DNA of 64,000 bases. Source: Nitrosopumilus sp. Its GTDB lineage: Archaea; Thermoproteota; Nitrososphaeria; Nitrososphaerales; Nitrosopumilaceae. Made by a program: the position numbers and the translations under genes. The notes under the pieces were generated by a model, which did not search any database, was not told the DNA's origin, and saw nothing but the letters and a program-made list of their open reading frames with translations. Within the stretch, counting starts at the first letter, position 1. Every line of letters begins with the position of its first letter. The stretch is from assembly GCA_963662625.1 (NCBI GenBank), contig OY759726.1:128001-192000 (forward strand). Reading direction: 5' to 3'. Below are positions 53,336 through 63,537 of the stretch, in pieces.

Positions 53336-56300
53336 CTAATCCCCCCTCCCCTCCTTCTTCCTGCCGAGCCCCAGCCCGAACCCGCCGAGCATGCCCGACG
53401 CCTTCCCGGCGATCCCGCCGTCTCCGCCCGCCCGGGCCCGGGGCGCCTGCGCCTGGGGGGCGCCTCCCCCCTTCCTCGAGAAGGCGGAGCCGAGCCCGCG
53501 CGCGGCGTCGGCGAGGTTCAGGAAGGTGTCCGGCGACTTCAGCCTGACCAGGATTACCGGCGCGGCGGTGCCGGCGGCGATGACGGCCATCAGGACGGTA
53601 TAGTCCGGCTCGTACTCCACATGGGCGTCGACGGAGTCCAAGGCCTCGAACCTCACGGTGTTGCCGGACAGCACTGCGTCGGCTGGCACGTCCCTCCACG
53701 CCGAGGGGTTGTGCCAGACCAGGCCGAAGAGCTCGGAGGACGGCCTGGCCGTCACGGCCACGGGATCCCCGTACTTGTAGGGGCCGGTGCCGTCGACCAC
53801 GGGGACCGCCGCCGAGTCGGAGAACGCCTCGACGCGGACGTCGATCTCCCTCTGGTACGTGGCCTCGAACACGGAGTCCTCGTCGATGTTGTAGGTGAAC
53901 GTCTCGGCGAAGCGCACCTCCTCGCCGTTGTGATTCATGGCCCGGGCGTTGTAGATCCTGTCGCTCCCTATGGCGTGGTCGGTCTCGACCGACACCTCGT
54001 AGACGCCGGCGGGCACCCTCTCCGTGAAGCCGTTCTTGACGGTCACCGGCCCACCTCCGGAGTCCACGGTTATGGACGCCGGTATGGGGGTGCCGTCGTC
54101 GACCAGCGCCACGAACTTGAGGTCGACCATGTGCTCCACTTCCCAATCGAGGGTCTCGACGAACTCGTCCCACCCGTCGGCCGTCACCCTCACGGTCGCC
54201 GAGTAGGCCCCGGCGGCGTCGGGGGTGGCCGACCACGTGCCGTCGGGGAGCGGCTCGAAGAACCCACGCGGGCTCACCGACACCGCCGGGCTGGCAAGCG
54301 ACGAGGCGTCCACCCTGAACCTGATGTCCTCCCCGAAGGAGACCCTCTCGGGGGAGATCGACGCCACCGAGACCTTGCCCCCGGTGAGGTTCGAGTACGA
54401 GTCAAAGCCCGCCTCCGCTATGTACTTGTCGTCGGATATCACCGTGAACCTCCAGTCGGGCCGGTCCCCGTCTTCCCCCTCCCCCCCGGCGGCGCCGCCG
54501 TCCATGGCCGGATCCCCGAAGACCACCGCCCTGGTCTGCCCGGCGGAGGTGTCGTATGCCGTCACGCCCGGGTCAGTGAACGTGAGGCCCGCCGCCGCGT
54601 ACCTGTCAAGCGGCACCCCCTCGGCGTTGACGGAATGGACCACGAACGGGAACTCCGATCCAAGGTTGATCCTCCCCGGCGTCCACGCCTCGATGGCCGA
54701 GTTCAGGCCGCTCACGGAGATCCTGACTGGCTCCGACGTGGCCCTGGGGAGTATCGGGTGCATCACGGCCGACTCCTTCACGTAGGTTCCGGACACCGTG
54801 GTCACCCCTCCCGTCCACCTGTCCCCGACCTCGATGCCCGCCAGCCCGTCCCCGGACTGCGACACCATGGCAAGCTCCATCTGCTCGGCCGACACGTCGC
54901 CGGTTATCGCCCCGGTGGCCGCGTCCAGCACGTACATGTACGCGACGTCGGCGGGCCGCCCCAGGATGGCTGGGATGGAGGAGAGGGCGACGGAGTTGTC
55001 GCTGCCGTAGGCCGGCGCGTTTGTGAACTCCACGGTGGCTGATATCCCGTCGATCCCGGCGGTCACCACGTGGTCGCCGAAGGTGTGGAGATCCATCGGG
55101 ACGACTATGGAGGAGGAATAGTACATGCTGGTCAGCGGGTCGCCGAACTCTATGCTGTCGTCGGAGGAGAACTGCGATATCCCGGCGAGCCTGTTTGGCT
55201 CCATCCTCACCGGCTCCATCCCGCCTCCCCCGGACAGCGGGTCCGGGCACTCCCCGGCCGCGGGCGCCCCGCCAGACGAGTACGAGGCCGCCACCAGCCA
55301 CGCGAAATCCGCCGGGACTTCCGGGTAGACCCAGGCGCACGTCACCCGGACCGGCTCCCCCCGGCCCCCGGCGTCACCGCCGCCGGCTGGGCGGCTGACC
55401 GCCACGGGGGCCACGGCGGTGCCCACCCCGTCGATGGTGACCGTTATGGCGCCAAGGCCGTCGCCCCTGGCCGGGCCCTGTTCCCCATGATCGTCCGGCG
55501 GCGGCGCCCGCGGCCCTGGATCCGCCTGCCCCGCGGGGCCGCCCGCCCCGTCCCCAAAGGCGTACTTTTCCCTCACCGCCGGGGAGAAGAGCACGTCGGT
55601 CATGGCCATCCCGCCGCGCAGCATCATCCCCACCGAATGGAGGTCCGACGACTCCCCGGCCGAGAACCTGGCGACTGACTCCGGGTCGGCCGCGGACGCC
55701 GTCACCTCCACCAGCCCGTCCGGGACGAAGAGCCTCCCGCCCTTCTCGGTCCACGCCACCAGCTTGCCGTGGGTGCCCGGGGCGCCCGGGGAGGGGAAAA
55801 CCACCGCCCTCAGGTCGACCTCGTTCTCGACGTAGTCGATCCGGACTGCGTCCGACTCGAACCCGTCCGAGGAGGCGTACACCGTCCCGTCGCCGTTGAC
55901 GTGGATGAAAAAGTCGGCGGCGTACTCGCCCCGGGGTATCACGACGCGCATCTGCCCCCCAAAGTCGCCGTGGCCGGTCTGGCTGAACCCCGAGTCGGAG
56001 GTCGACGTCAGGACCACCGGTATTCCCATCGGCGCCGGCGTCGGCACCCCCAGGTTGTCGGTGAGCACCGCCTTTGCGGGGACGACGGTCGATGAGGTGG
56101 CGAGCACCGGGCCGCTTTCCGCCCCGCCCGCGGCGCCAGGGCCCCCGGCGCGGTCCTGGGCGTCGCCACCCGCGCCGCCCTGGGCCGGCGCCTGGCCCCC
56201 GCCCGGGACCACCAGCCTTATCGACGTCGGCATGTTCACGACCACGTACACGCTGGTCTCGTCGGTCGCGATCTCCCCCCCGGCCACCGCGTTGAGGGTG

Positions 56301-56581
56301 ACGGACTCCAGGTCGGAGGTGGTGTTCGAGCTGAAGGGGAATATGGCGTGGTTCCTCCCAGCCTCGAGCACCACCGTCCGGGGGAACGCCATGTCCCCGG
56401 AATGGTCGCTCGCCAGGTTCACCACGGTCTCCGAGTCCATGGGGGAGTCTGTGGAGACCATCCCCTCGTACTGCACGCCGGCGATCATCTTGTCGGGTAT
56501 GTCGACCGCCAGCTCGGCGTGAGCCGCCGCGGCGGGCAGCGCGGCGGCGGCGAGCAGGAGGAGGAGGGCGCGGTTCAGCAC
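53336..56581 (-). CDS. Large surface protein (about 1080 aa) with signal peptide and C-terminal TM
   Basis: GTG start VLNRALLLLLAAAALPAAAAHA; beta-rich acidic body. Confidence 0.75.
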   Translation of the reverse strand: MLNRALLLLLAAAALPAAAAHAELAVDIPDKMIAGVQYEGMVSTDSPMDSETVVNLASDHSGDMAFPRTVVLEAGRNHAIFPFSSNTTSDLESVTLNAVAGGEIATDETSVYVVVNMPTSIRLVVPGGGQAPAQGGAGGDAQDRAGGPGAAGGAESGPVLATSSTVVPAKAVLTDNLGVPTPAPMGIPVVLTSTSDSGFSQTGHGDFGGQMRVVIPRGEYAADFFIHVNGDGTVYASSDGFESDAVRIDYVENEVDLRAVVFPSPGAPGTHGKLVAWTEKGGRLFVPDGLVEVTASAADPESVARFSAGESSDLHSVGMMLRGGMAMTDVLFSPAVREKYAFGDGAGGPAGQADPGPRAPPPDDHGEQGPARGDGLGAITVTIDGVGTAVAPVAVSRPAGGGDAGGRGEPVRVTCAWVYPEVPADFAWLVAASYSSGGAPAAGECPDPLSGGGGMEPVRMEPNRLAGISQFSSDDSIEFGDPLTSMYYSSSIVVPMDLHTFGDHVVTAGIDGISATVEFTNAPAYGSDNSVALSSIPAILGRPADVAYMYVLDAATGAITGDVSAEQMELAMVSQSGDGLAGIEVGDRWTGGVTTVSGTYVKESAVMHPILPRATSEPVRISVSGLNSAIEAWTPGRINLGSEFPFVVHSVNAEGVPLDRYAAAGLTFTDPGVTAYDTSAGQTRAVVFGDPAMDGGAAGGEGEDGDRPDWRFTVISDDKYIAEAGFDSYSNLTGGKVSVASISPERVSFGEDIRFRVDASSLASPAVSVSPRGFFEPLPDGTWSATPDAAGAYSATVRVTADGWDEFVETLDWEVEHMVDLKFVALVDDGTPIPASITVDSGGGPVTVKNGFTERVPAGVYEVSVETDHAIGSDRIYNARAMNHNGEEVRFAETFTYNIDEDSVFEATYQREIDVRVEAFSDSAAVPVVDGTGPYKYGDPVAVTARPSSELFGLVWHNPSAWRDVPADAVLSGNTVRFEALDSVDAHVEYEPDYTVLMAVIAAGTAAPVILVRLKSPDTFLNLADAARGLGSAFSRKGGGAPQAQAPRARAGGDGGIAGKASGMLGGFGLGLGRKKEGRGD

Positions 56582-56976
56582 CTTGCCTCGAGCCCCTTTA
56601 GCGCCTGGGTGAAGTTCCCGACCAGCGCCCTCGTAGCCGCGTCCGTGGCGTTGGCGCTGAACACGCTCTTGCCCCCTACGGACATCCTGTACGGCGCCTC
56701 GTGCGTCCTGCCGTCGTCGCACCTCACCATCAGCCCTATCACGTTGACCTGGTTCGGCCCCCTGTTCTCCACGGTGAGCGTGTCGGTCCCGTTGAGCGGC
56801 CCCGTGTCCGGCCTCTTGAGGTACACCGTGGCGACCTCCTCCCTTATCCGGTCCGTCTGCAGCGAGGAGGCCTCCTCCCGCCTCTCCGCCACGTCGTCCC
56901 TGTGGGAGAAGTAGAGCATGGCCGTGGAGAGGGCCATGAAGATCAGCACTATCGCCACTATCGTGGTTATTATCAC
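56575..56976 (-). CDS. Pilin/archaellin-accessory-like protein
   Basis: N-terminal hydrophobic helix; TLTVENRG motif; TATA box at 56997-57003. Confidence 0.6.
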   Translation of the reverse strand: MIITTIVAIVLIFMALSTAMLYFSHRDDVAERREEASSLQTDRIREEVATVYLKRPDTGPLNGTDTLTVENRGPNQVNVIGLMVRCDDGRTHEAPYRMSVGGKSVFSANATDAATRALVGNFTQALKGLEARC

Positions 56977-57006
56977 GGGAGGAACAACCGGCGCGGCTTA
57001 AAAGGG

Positions 57007-57837
57007 TCACGAGATCTCCCCCTCGCCCAGCCCGGAGCTCTTCGACGCCATCCTCCCCACGTCGAACTCGACGGTCATGGTGTCGTGGTTCGACGGGAAG
57101 GATAGGAAGGACATGATCTCAAAGTCGGCCAGGATCGGCACGCGGGACGCCCCGAGGAACGGGATCCCGCACCTGCCGTGCATGTCTGCCATGGCCCGCT
57201 TTTCGGACACCCGCTTGCGCCGGAACGCGCCGGATGGGAAGCCGCCCCCGATCACCGACCCGTCGTCGGGGTTCATGGCCCCGGACACCAGGCGGCAGAC
57301 GAAGATGTTCCTGGTGCCGAGCTTCTCCCTGGCCGAGGCGATCCTGTCGCGCTTGGCGCCGGACACCGTCTTGGTCGCCTTGGAGAGGAACCTCATGGCG
57401 CTGGAGGGGTCCTGGCCCCTCTCCAGCGTGGATATGTACTGCCTGACCGGCTGCGGGTTCTGCGACTTGCGGGCGTGCAGGGCGAAGAAGGCGGAGTCGG
57501 ACGTCTGGTTTGCCAGGGTGCCGTACATGGATATCGGCTCCATCTGCTTCGGGGTTATCACCTCGGCGCAGTGCCTCGCCGTCGAGTACGAGGAGTAGGA
57601 GGCAAATCCGGCGAGGTCCGGGCCTGGGGACGCCAGCACCTCCGTGCCCTCCAGCGCCAGCAGCGTGGCCCTGTTGGCCTCTTCCGCCCTGAGGAATATC
57701 CTGGTGGTGGAGCCTTCCTTGATCACCGCCATCAGGAACTCCCGGACGTGGTCCAGCACCCTCATCATGTTGTCCTCCCCGCTGGTGTCGGAGTCCGTCC
57801 TGTACGGCCTGAGCTCGTACCACTGCGCGTTCAGCAC
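57007..57837 (-). CDS. Hypothetical protein in the transfer region
   Basis: GTG start overlapping the upstream stop; normal composition from VLNAQWYELRPY. Confidence 0.65.
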   Translation of the reverse strand: MLNAQWYELRPYRTDSDTSGEDNMMRVLDHVREFLMAVIKEGSTTRIFLRAEEANRATLLALEGTEVLASPGPDLAGFASYSSYSTARHCAEVITPKQMEPISMYGTLANQTSDSAFFALHARKSQNPQPVRQYISTLERGQDPSSAMRFLSKATKTVSGAKRDRIASAREKLGTRNIFVCRLVSGAMNPDDGSVIGGGFPSGAFRRKRVSEKRAMADMHGRCGIPFLGASRVPILADFEIMSFLSFPSNHDTMTVEFDVGRMASKSSGLGEGEIS

Positions 57838-59813
57838 CCGTTCGCCACCGCCCACGCGTCGTGCCGGAACTCGCTGTCCTGGCAGAACCTCCAGCTTATC
57901 GAGGAGGCCCCCGAGACGTCTAGCAGGTACTCGTTGAGGACGGCGCCGTTGCACGTGACCTTGGCCACCATCCTGCCGTACGACCCGGTGAGCTGCCCGT
58001 CGTCCTCGTCGAGCGTCGCCGTGCTCCCGGGGGGGCACGCCTCGCGGATGGCGTCCCTGGCCTGCGCGCCCCCCGGCATCGAGAGCTCCGGCGCCGACGC
58101 CAGGGCGAACCTGGCCACCGTCCCGTCGAGCATCCTTACGGTGTCGCCGTCGATGACCGCCGCCACCGTCCCCGTGGCGCACCTTGCCACCCCGGAGCAC
58201 CGCGGCGGCTCCGGCGCGGCCTCGCGCACCTCCACGATGCTGCGCTCCCCCGGTACCTCGAACGCGAGGATCCTCGAGCCAGGCCCGGACATGTCGTCGT
58301 GGGGGACCGGCTCCCCCCCGACCGAGACCGAGAGGGGGAGGGCCTCGCCAGTCAGAGACGTGCCCAGCATGGACCGTGGAAACTCCAGGGTGACGCTGCG
58401 CTGCATGCCAGGCTCTACGGCTACCCATATCGCCCCCTCGGAGGCGTAGGGGACGTGCGCCCTCCCGTGCAGGACCACCGGCTCGGCGGCCGGGTCCACG
58501 AGGGTGAACGCGGCCGACGCCGAGGCGCCGCCGTGCGCCAGCGTCGCCGTCACCCTCCCGGAGTGGGCGAGTCCGGAAGTCGGGATCTCCTCGGAAAAGT
58601 ACCCCGGCGGGAGCGCGGGAAACGTGCTGGCCTGCAGGGGGTCGCCGTCCGGCGAGTAGAGCGTCACGGTGGCGTCCCCGGACATGGGGGTGTGGCCGAA
58701 GAGCGTCACCGGATCCCCCGCGCGGTGGGCGTCGCCCGAGACCTCCAGGGTGATTGCCAGCGGCTCGCTTGCCACCTTCCGCAGGTACGACATCACCATC
58801 GCGTAAAGGTCCTCGATCCCGTAGTCCTCGATGAACGCGGCGACGTCCTCCCTGGTCTGGAGGTCACGGAGCGACTCGAGGAAGGACGGCGCGTCGGCAA
58901 GCGGGGGGCCGTCCGGCGCGGCCGGCGCGGGGGAGGGGGCCTCCGCGGGAGGCGGCGCCGGCGCCGGTTCTGGCTCTTTTGGGACGGCCTCAGACAGCCC
59001 CCCTGGGGATTCGGCCACGGAGGGGTGGGAGGAGCCGATGAGCCTGAACCAGAACTTGCCGCCGACGTTGGGGTCCCGGTACGCGTCCATGGTGGACGCC
59101 GTCATGGTCCCCGACACCGGGAAGGGGAACCCCGGGTGGACCAGCATCTGCACCATCTGGCCGCCCGGGACGTACCCCACGCGGTACAGCATCCCGGCAA
59201 GCGACGTCCCGCCGAACTCGTAGCCGTACTGCCTGCCGGTGACCAGGATTTCCCCGTCCCTGTCCCACTGCTCCCCGACGCGCAGGACCGGGTAGTACTG
59301 GAGCAGCCTCCCGTCGCCGATCCTCACCTTGGCGCCCATGAAGAGCAGCGTCTCCTCGAGGAGGGCGTAGTGGGGGTCGGTATAGTACCCCGGGCTGTGG
59401 CGGAGCGTCCACCCGGCGTCGGCCACCAGCGCCAGGTCCGTCACCGGGCCGGACGACGCCATGCGGTCGTAGGAGATGGCCGACTGGTCCCCCGCCACCT
59501 CCCCGGAGACGTGTCCCACCCTGGCATAGTTCCCGCCGTGAAAGCCGCCGTGGCCGAGCCTGTCCTGCAGCCTGGCCTCGAACCCGGTGCCGCCCGGCGC
59601 CGGGCCGGCATTCTCGAGGACGACGTCAAAGCACGTCGCCCTCTCCACGCAGACGCGGTACGCGTAGGTGTCGCCGGGGGCGGTCGCCCCGGCCCTGTCC
59701 CACCGGTCCGCCCTGGCAAGCGAGTCCTCGGCAAGCCCGGCGTGGGCCGGTGCCAGCCAGGCCGAGAGCGCCACCGCGGCCGCCGCCAGCGCGAGTAGGC
59801 TAGCCGCGGACAA
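57831..59813 (-). CDS. Secreted multidomain protein with C-terminal thermonuclease domain
   Basis: Signal peptide; VIDGDTV...RFALASAPE...SYGR...LNEYLL. Confidence 0.82.
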   Translation of the reverse strand: MSAASLLALAAAAVALSAWLAPAHAGLAEDSLARADRWDRAGATAPGDTYAYRVCVERATCFDVVLENAGPAPGGTGFEARLQDRLGHGGFHGGNYARVGHVSGEVAGDQSAISYDRMASSGPVTDLALVADAGWTLRHSPGYYTDPHYALLEETLLFMGAKVRIGDGRLLQYYPVLRVGEQWDRDGEILVTGRQYGYEFGGTSLAGMLYRVGYVPGGQMVQMLVHPGFPFPVSGTMTASTMDAYRDPNVGGKFWFRLIGSSHPSVAESPGGLSEAVPKEPEPAPAPPPAEAPSPAPAAPDGPPLADAPSFLESLRDLQTREDVAAFIEDYGIEDLYAMVMSYLRKVASEPLAITLEVSGDAHRAGDPVTLFGHTPMSGDATVTLYSPDGDPLQASTFPALPPGYFSEEIPTSGLAHSGRVTATLAHGGASASAAFTLVDPAAEPVVLHGRAHVPYASEGAIWVAVEPGMQRSVTLEFPRSMLGTSLTGEALPLSVSVGGEPVPHDDMSGPGSRILAFEVPGERSIVEVREAAPEPPRCSGVARCATGTVAAVIDGDTVRMLDGTVARFALASAPELSMPGGAQARDAIREACPPGSTATLDEDDGQLTGSYGRMVAKVTCNGAVLNEYLLDVSGASSISWRFCQDSEFRHDAWAVANGC

Positions 59814-60498
59814 ACTTGATCTCCCTCTCCACTATGCTGTCGCCGGTGCGATCCCCGTCGACCTCGGCTATGGTGATCTTCCTCGTGCCGTGGCAGTCCC
59901 CGTAGTCCAGGATCACGTCGACCTCGCCGGCCGCCGAGGAGATGTCGGTGCGGATCGGCCTGCCGTCAAGCACCACCCTGACCCTCTTCCTCGGGATGAT
60001 CTGGCCGTCCCTGGTCTTGAGGACTATCGAGATGCGCATCAGCGCCCCCGGGGATACGTGCACCTCCATCTTCTGCGGCTTGCGCTGGCGCTGGGGGGCG
60101 GCCTCCGGCCTGTGCCGCTCCCGGCGCCTGGCCAGGGAGGACGAGGGGACCGCCAGCACCCCGGAGTCCGCCCCCGCCGCGGCCTTCTTGCCCCTTTTCG
60201 TCCCCCTGGGGGTCTTCCTGCCCCCGGCGTAAAAGGTGACTATGGAGAGCAGCCTGCCCTCGTAGCCGATCACGGGGGGGCGGACCATGGCGAAGACGGC
60301 GAACGCCGCCAGGGTTATGGCCGCGGTGTGGATCTCCTGGCTTGCCTGCAGGACGGCGAACATCGCCGGGAGGCCCAGCCCGAAAATGATGATGGCCTGG
60401 TAGAGCGATATGAATCCAAGCACGGGGAAGGTCAGGAGCGGCTGGGTGAGGGTCGGGTTTTTCGGGAACCACGTCATGTTCTCCTGCGCGTACGACAT
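59800..60498 (-). CDS. Two-TM membrane protein, possibly PrgI/VirB3-like
   Basis: FPKN..LTQPLL..GFISLYQ plus two TM segments; CTTAAAA box 22 nt upstream. Confidence 0.55.
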   Translation of the reverse strand: MSYAQENMTWFPKNPTLTQPLLTFPVLGFISLYQAIIIFGLGLPAMFAVLQASQEIHTAAITLAAFAVFAMVRPPVIGYEGRLLSIVTFYAGGRKTPRGTKRGKKAAAGADSGVLAVPSSSLARRRERHRPEAAPQRQRKPQKMEVHVSPGALMRISIVLKTRDGQIIPRKRVRVVLDGRPIRTDISSAAGEVDVILDYGDCHGTRKITIAEVDGDRTGDSIVEREIKFVRG

Positions 60499-60601
60499 CG
60501 TGGAATAGCAAGGCGGGCGCTTTTAAGGGGGCGGATCCCCATGGCTGGCGCCGGGGCGGGCGGCGCCTGCCGGGACGCGGCCTTCCCGCGCCAGGCGACG
60601 C

Positions 60602-60985
60602 TCACCCGCGCCTGGCCCTGGCCTCGATTATCCCCATTATCTCCATGGCCCCCGCGGTGTCCAGCCCCCCGAGCGAGCCGTCGGCCCGCCCGTCGTCCTG
60701 CGCCGGCCTGGCCACGGTCCCCATCCCCGGGGCGGTTATCCTCAGCGAGGAGGAAAAGTAGCCCCTTTCTATCGCGACGTTCATGATGTCGCGGTACCGA
60801 AAGTACTCCACCTTCTCGCGCAGCCCCAGCAGCAGGGGGTTCCTGATTATGACCTTGCGGTCGGTGGCGAATATGGTGCCCGGCGTCACGGGGGAGCCTC
60901 CCGGGACGTGCCTCGCCTGGGTGGCCATGGCGAGGACCTCCTCGCCTTCGTCCAGGTATCGGGAGATCCTGCCAGTCTCGCTCAA
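60602..60985 (-). CDS. Bacterial/archaeal PH-domain protein
   Basis: LDEGEEVL..A.Q...IFATDRKVII...F.Y.DI.NV.IERGYFSS.L.I. Confidence 0.8.
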   Translation of the reverse strand: MSETGRISRYLDEGEEVLAMATQARHVPGGSPVTPGTIFATDRKVIIRNPLLLGLREKVEYFRYRDIMNVAIERGYFSSSLRITAPGMGTVARPAQDDGRADGSLGGLDTAGAMEIMGIIEARARRG

Positions 60986-61093
60986 AACAGGCTCTTCACC
61001 CCGGTCGTCATCCTAGATACGGCGGCGGCTCCGGCCAGGACCAGCAGGACGGCGCAGATCGCGAGGAACATGGGAAAAAAGCGAAGGGGGTGG

Positions 61094-61783
61094 CTAGCCC
61101 GGCTTTACGCGGGTGTTGTAGATGTCGGACACGTACTCGTCGTCGCCTGAGGTGTACGCCAGCTGCATGGTGAGGCGGTCGGATATGGTGATGTTGTCGG
61201 ATATCACCCCCCCTGCTGCTACGGGGACGTTGCCTGTTCCATTAGGCAGACTGACCTTCAACTGGAGGGCCACAGACGCGCCGCCGTCAAGTGATGATAC
61301 GTCGGTGGGACATATTGAGAATCCCTTTTGGGTGTCCAATATGTCATCGCCTGTGGCTTCAGTAGTTGGTATTGCTGGGGTGGCGGGAATACCGCACTGA
61401 GCGTTAGTTTTACCATTGACGAAAGATTCAACGGTAGAAGTACCTGAAACAACATTCAACCTCCCATCCTCTCTGTCATCATCCGTGATCTTGAAGCTGT
61501 CCCCGGTCGAGATCTCGTTGATGAATATGTCAGTCACCGACGTGGAGCCGGCGTTCTTGATGTTGGCGGTGATGGACAGCGTGTCCCCGTTCCTGATGGC
61601 GTTGACGTTCCGAATCTCCAGCTGCGTCGAGGTGCTGAACAGGTCCGCCTGCTCCTGGAAGGCATAGTACACGCCGCCCCCCACGGAGGCGGTGATCCCT
61701 ATCCCTATCACCATGCCGAGCACGGCCGAGACCGCCAGCAGCTTCTTCCTTTTTGTCGTCATTGTCCGTTCCTTGGATTGCAT
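61094..61783 (-). CDS. Archaeal type IV pilin (probable major pilin)
   Basis: KRKKLLA/VSAVLGMVIGIGITASVGG; NIKNAGS; CTTAAATA box about 21 nt upstream. Confidence 0.8.
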   Translation of the reverse strand: MQSKERTMTTKRKKLLAVSAVLGMVIGIGITASVGGGVYYAFQEQADLFSTSTQLEIRNVNAIRNGDTLSITANIKNAGSTSVTDIFINEISTGDSFKITDDDREDGRLNVVSGTSTVESFVNGKTNAQCGIPATPAIPTTEATGDDILDTQKGFSICPTDVSSLDGGASVALQLKVSLPNGTGNVPVAAGGVISDNITISDRLTMQLAYTSGDDEYVSDIYNTRVKPG

Positions 61784-61961
61784 TGCTGCCAAGGATGGCG
61801 GGCGTATTTAAGGGGTGGAAAATAGGGCGGTTGATCGCGGGGGAGTCCAGGAGGTGCATGGAATGTGGGAATGGGGCGTACTGCGCGGCCCCCGGATCTG
61901 CCGGGGCTTGACTGGCAGAATCGCCTGCCGCCAACTTTGAGGGCCGGGTGGGCTTCTCCTA

Positions 61962-62255
61962 TCAGACAAGCCAGTCCCTCCTCATGTCAATTTCGATGGT
62001 GGAGACGTACCTTCTCACTCCCTCCACTTCCACCTGGGCCGAACTGGTCCTGATCCCGCCCATGGTGAATTTGACCAACTCTTCCTCGGCCCCGAGCCTC
62101 TTCCTGGCAATCACGGCGATGTCCACCGCCTTCGTGATGTTCCTCCCGGAAGCCCTCAGGGTGATCCACCCGCCTGGATCCGACATGGCTTCCAGAAGCT
62201 GCGTGGCGTACACCATGGACTCCCCGTCCCCCACGGTCACCGTCGCCTCCCCCAT
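61962..62255 (-). CDS. Alba-like chromatin protein (97 aa)
   Basis: ITLRASGRNITKAVDIA...RYVSTIEI. Confidence 0.82.
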   Translation of the reverse strand: MGEATVTVGDGESMVYATQLLEAMSDPGGWITLRASGRNITKAVDIAVIARKRLGAEEELVKFTMGGIRTSSAQVEVEGVRRYVSTIEIDMRRDWLV

Positions 62256-62538
62256 GGGCGTTGGTTTGCTGGGGGCAGATTTGAGGTTGGCTGGGGCCCA
62301 CATGCCAGATTGGCGCGTGGTGCCACGCGCCCGCCACTTGAATCCCAACCCCCAGATCCGCGTCCGGCGCGGCCGTCGCCATTAGGAAGGGGTCGCCCTC
62401 AGGAAGGCGGCCTCCTGCCGGCTCCTCACCGGGATCCCATTGGGCCTTCGTGATCATCCCATGGGGCGCCCCATCCATGCCGCGCGCCGGGCCGTGGGCC
62501 GGCCGCCGCCCTTTTATGCCCGCCAGGTTGTTAGTCCC

Positions 62539-62703
62539 GTGATCGACGTCCCCTTCCGCTGCCCAAAATGCGGCGGCGGGCTGCAGATGACGTACTATGT
62601 CGCCCCGCTGCGGGTGCTGAGGAAGAGGACGTGGTACTGCTGCAAAAAATGCGGCTTCGAGGCGCAGGCCGACGAGTTCAAGGCCGAGCTGTTCTGCCCC
62701 TGA
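62539..62703 (+). CDS. Small zinc-ribbon protein (54 aa)
   Basis: CPKCGG...CKKCGF; TTTTAT box about 21 nt upstream. Confidence 0.65.
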   Translation: MIDVPFRCPKCGGGLQMTYYVAPLRVLRKRTWYCCKKCGFEAQADEFKAELFCP

Positions 62704-63091
62704 CGTTGAGGCGCCACCCCGCGAGGTGCAACCCCCCGAACGCCACCAGCGCCGCCCCGGCCATCCCGGCGTCGGGGGCGGCGAACATGAGCATTGGGAG
62801 GACCAGCGCGGCGATCGAGATCTCAAACCCGATCTGCGCGGCCACCGCCGTCCCGAACCCCCTCCTGCACAGCGCCGAGAACAGCGGTGACGTCTCGCAC
62901 CTCCTGACCGTCTCCAGCCCGTAGGAGACGGTGCTCCTGACGTCGAGGGCGAACCCGACAGAATACGCGGCGGCCCCCGCGAGGAGCGCCCACCACGACA
63001 GCCACTGCGGGATGAGGAACGACGCGGCGACGGGCGCCGCCGACGCGGCGACCAGGAGGAAAAAAATGGGGGGTCGGATCAGTCCCGGCAC
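62678..63091 (-). CDS. Multi-TM membrane protein
   Basis: About four hydrophobic segments; DVRST...ETSPLF. Confidence 0.55.
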   Translation of the reverse strand: MPGLIRPPIFFLLVAASAAPVAASFLIPQWLSWWALLAGAAAYSVGFALDVRSTVSYGLETVRRCETSPLFSALCRRGFGTAVAAQIGFEISIAALVLPMLMFAAPDAGMAGAALVAFGGLHLAGWRLNVRGRTARP

Positions 63092-63453
63092 CCGGCGGCG
63101 GGCGCCGGCAGGGCGCGCACCCGCAGCATTATGACCGACGCCAGGATCCCCATGATCAGGACGATCTTGATGACCCACATCACGAGGGTGAACAGGTTGT
63201 TGAGCCCGCCGGTGACGCTGGCGGGCAGGAGGGCGCCGCTGGTCGCGTTGCCCTTGTCGTCGATGAAGGTCCCCTGCGGGGGCCTGAACAGCACGTCCTC
63301 GGCCGTCTCGCCGGACGGAATCTGCGTCCCCATCATCATGAGTATTATGCTCGGCGCTATGAACACCAGGATGGCCGCGAAGATGCAGGTTATCAGCATC
63401 CCCTGGAACTTGCTCATGTTCTCGGAGTCTTCCTTGCGGTTCTCCATTACCAT
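63079..63453 (-). CDS. Two-TM protein, possibly VirB2/conjugative-pilin-like
   Basis: Two hydrophobic helices; TTAAATA box about 21 nt upstream. Confidence 0.55.
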   Translation of the reverse strand: MVMENRKEDSENMSKFQGMLITCIFAAILVFIAPSIILMMMGTQIPSGETAEDVLFRPPQGTFIDDKGNATSGALLPASVTGGLNNLFTLVMWVIKIVLIMGILASVIMLRVRALPAPAAGCRD

Positions 63454-63537
63454 GGCGTGAACATCGCGGAGAGTATTTAACCCGGCCAGGAACAGGGGCG
63501 GGGGGCGGCTTAAATCCAAACGCGCGGGTTGTCACCG

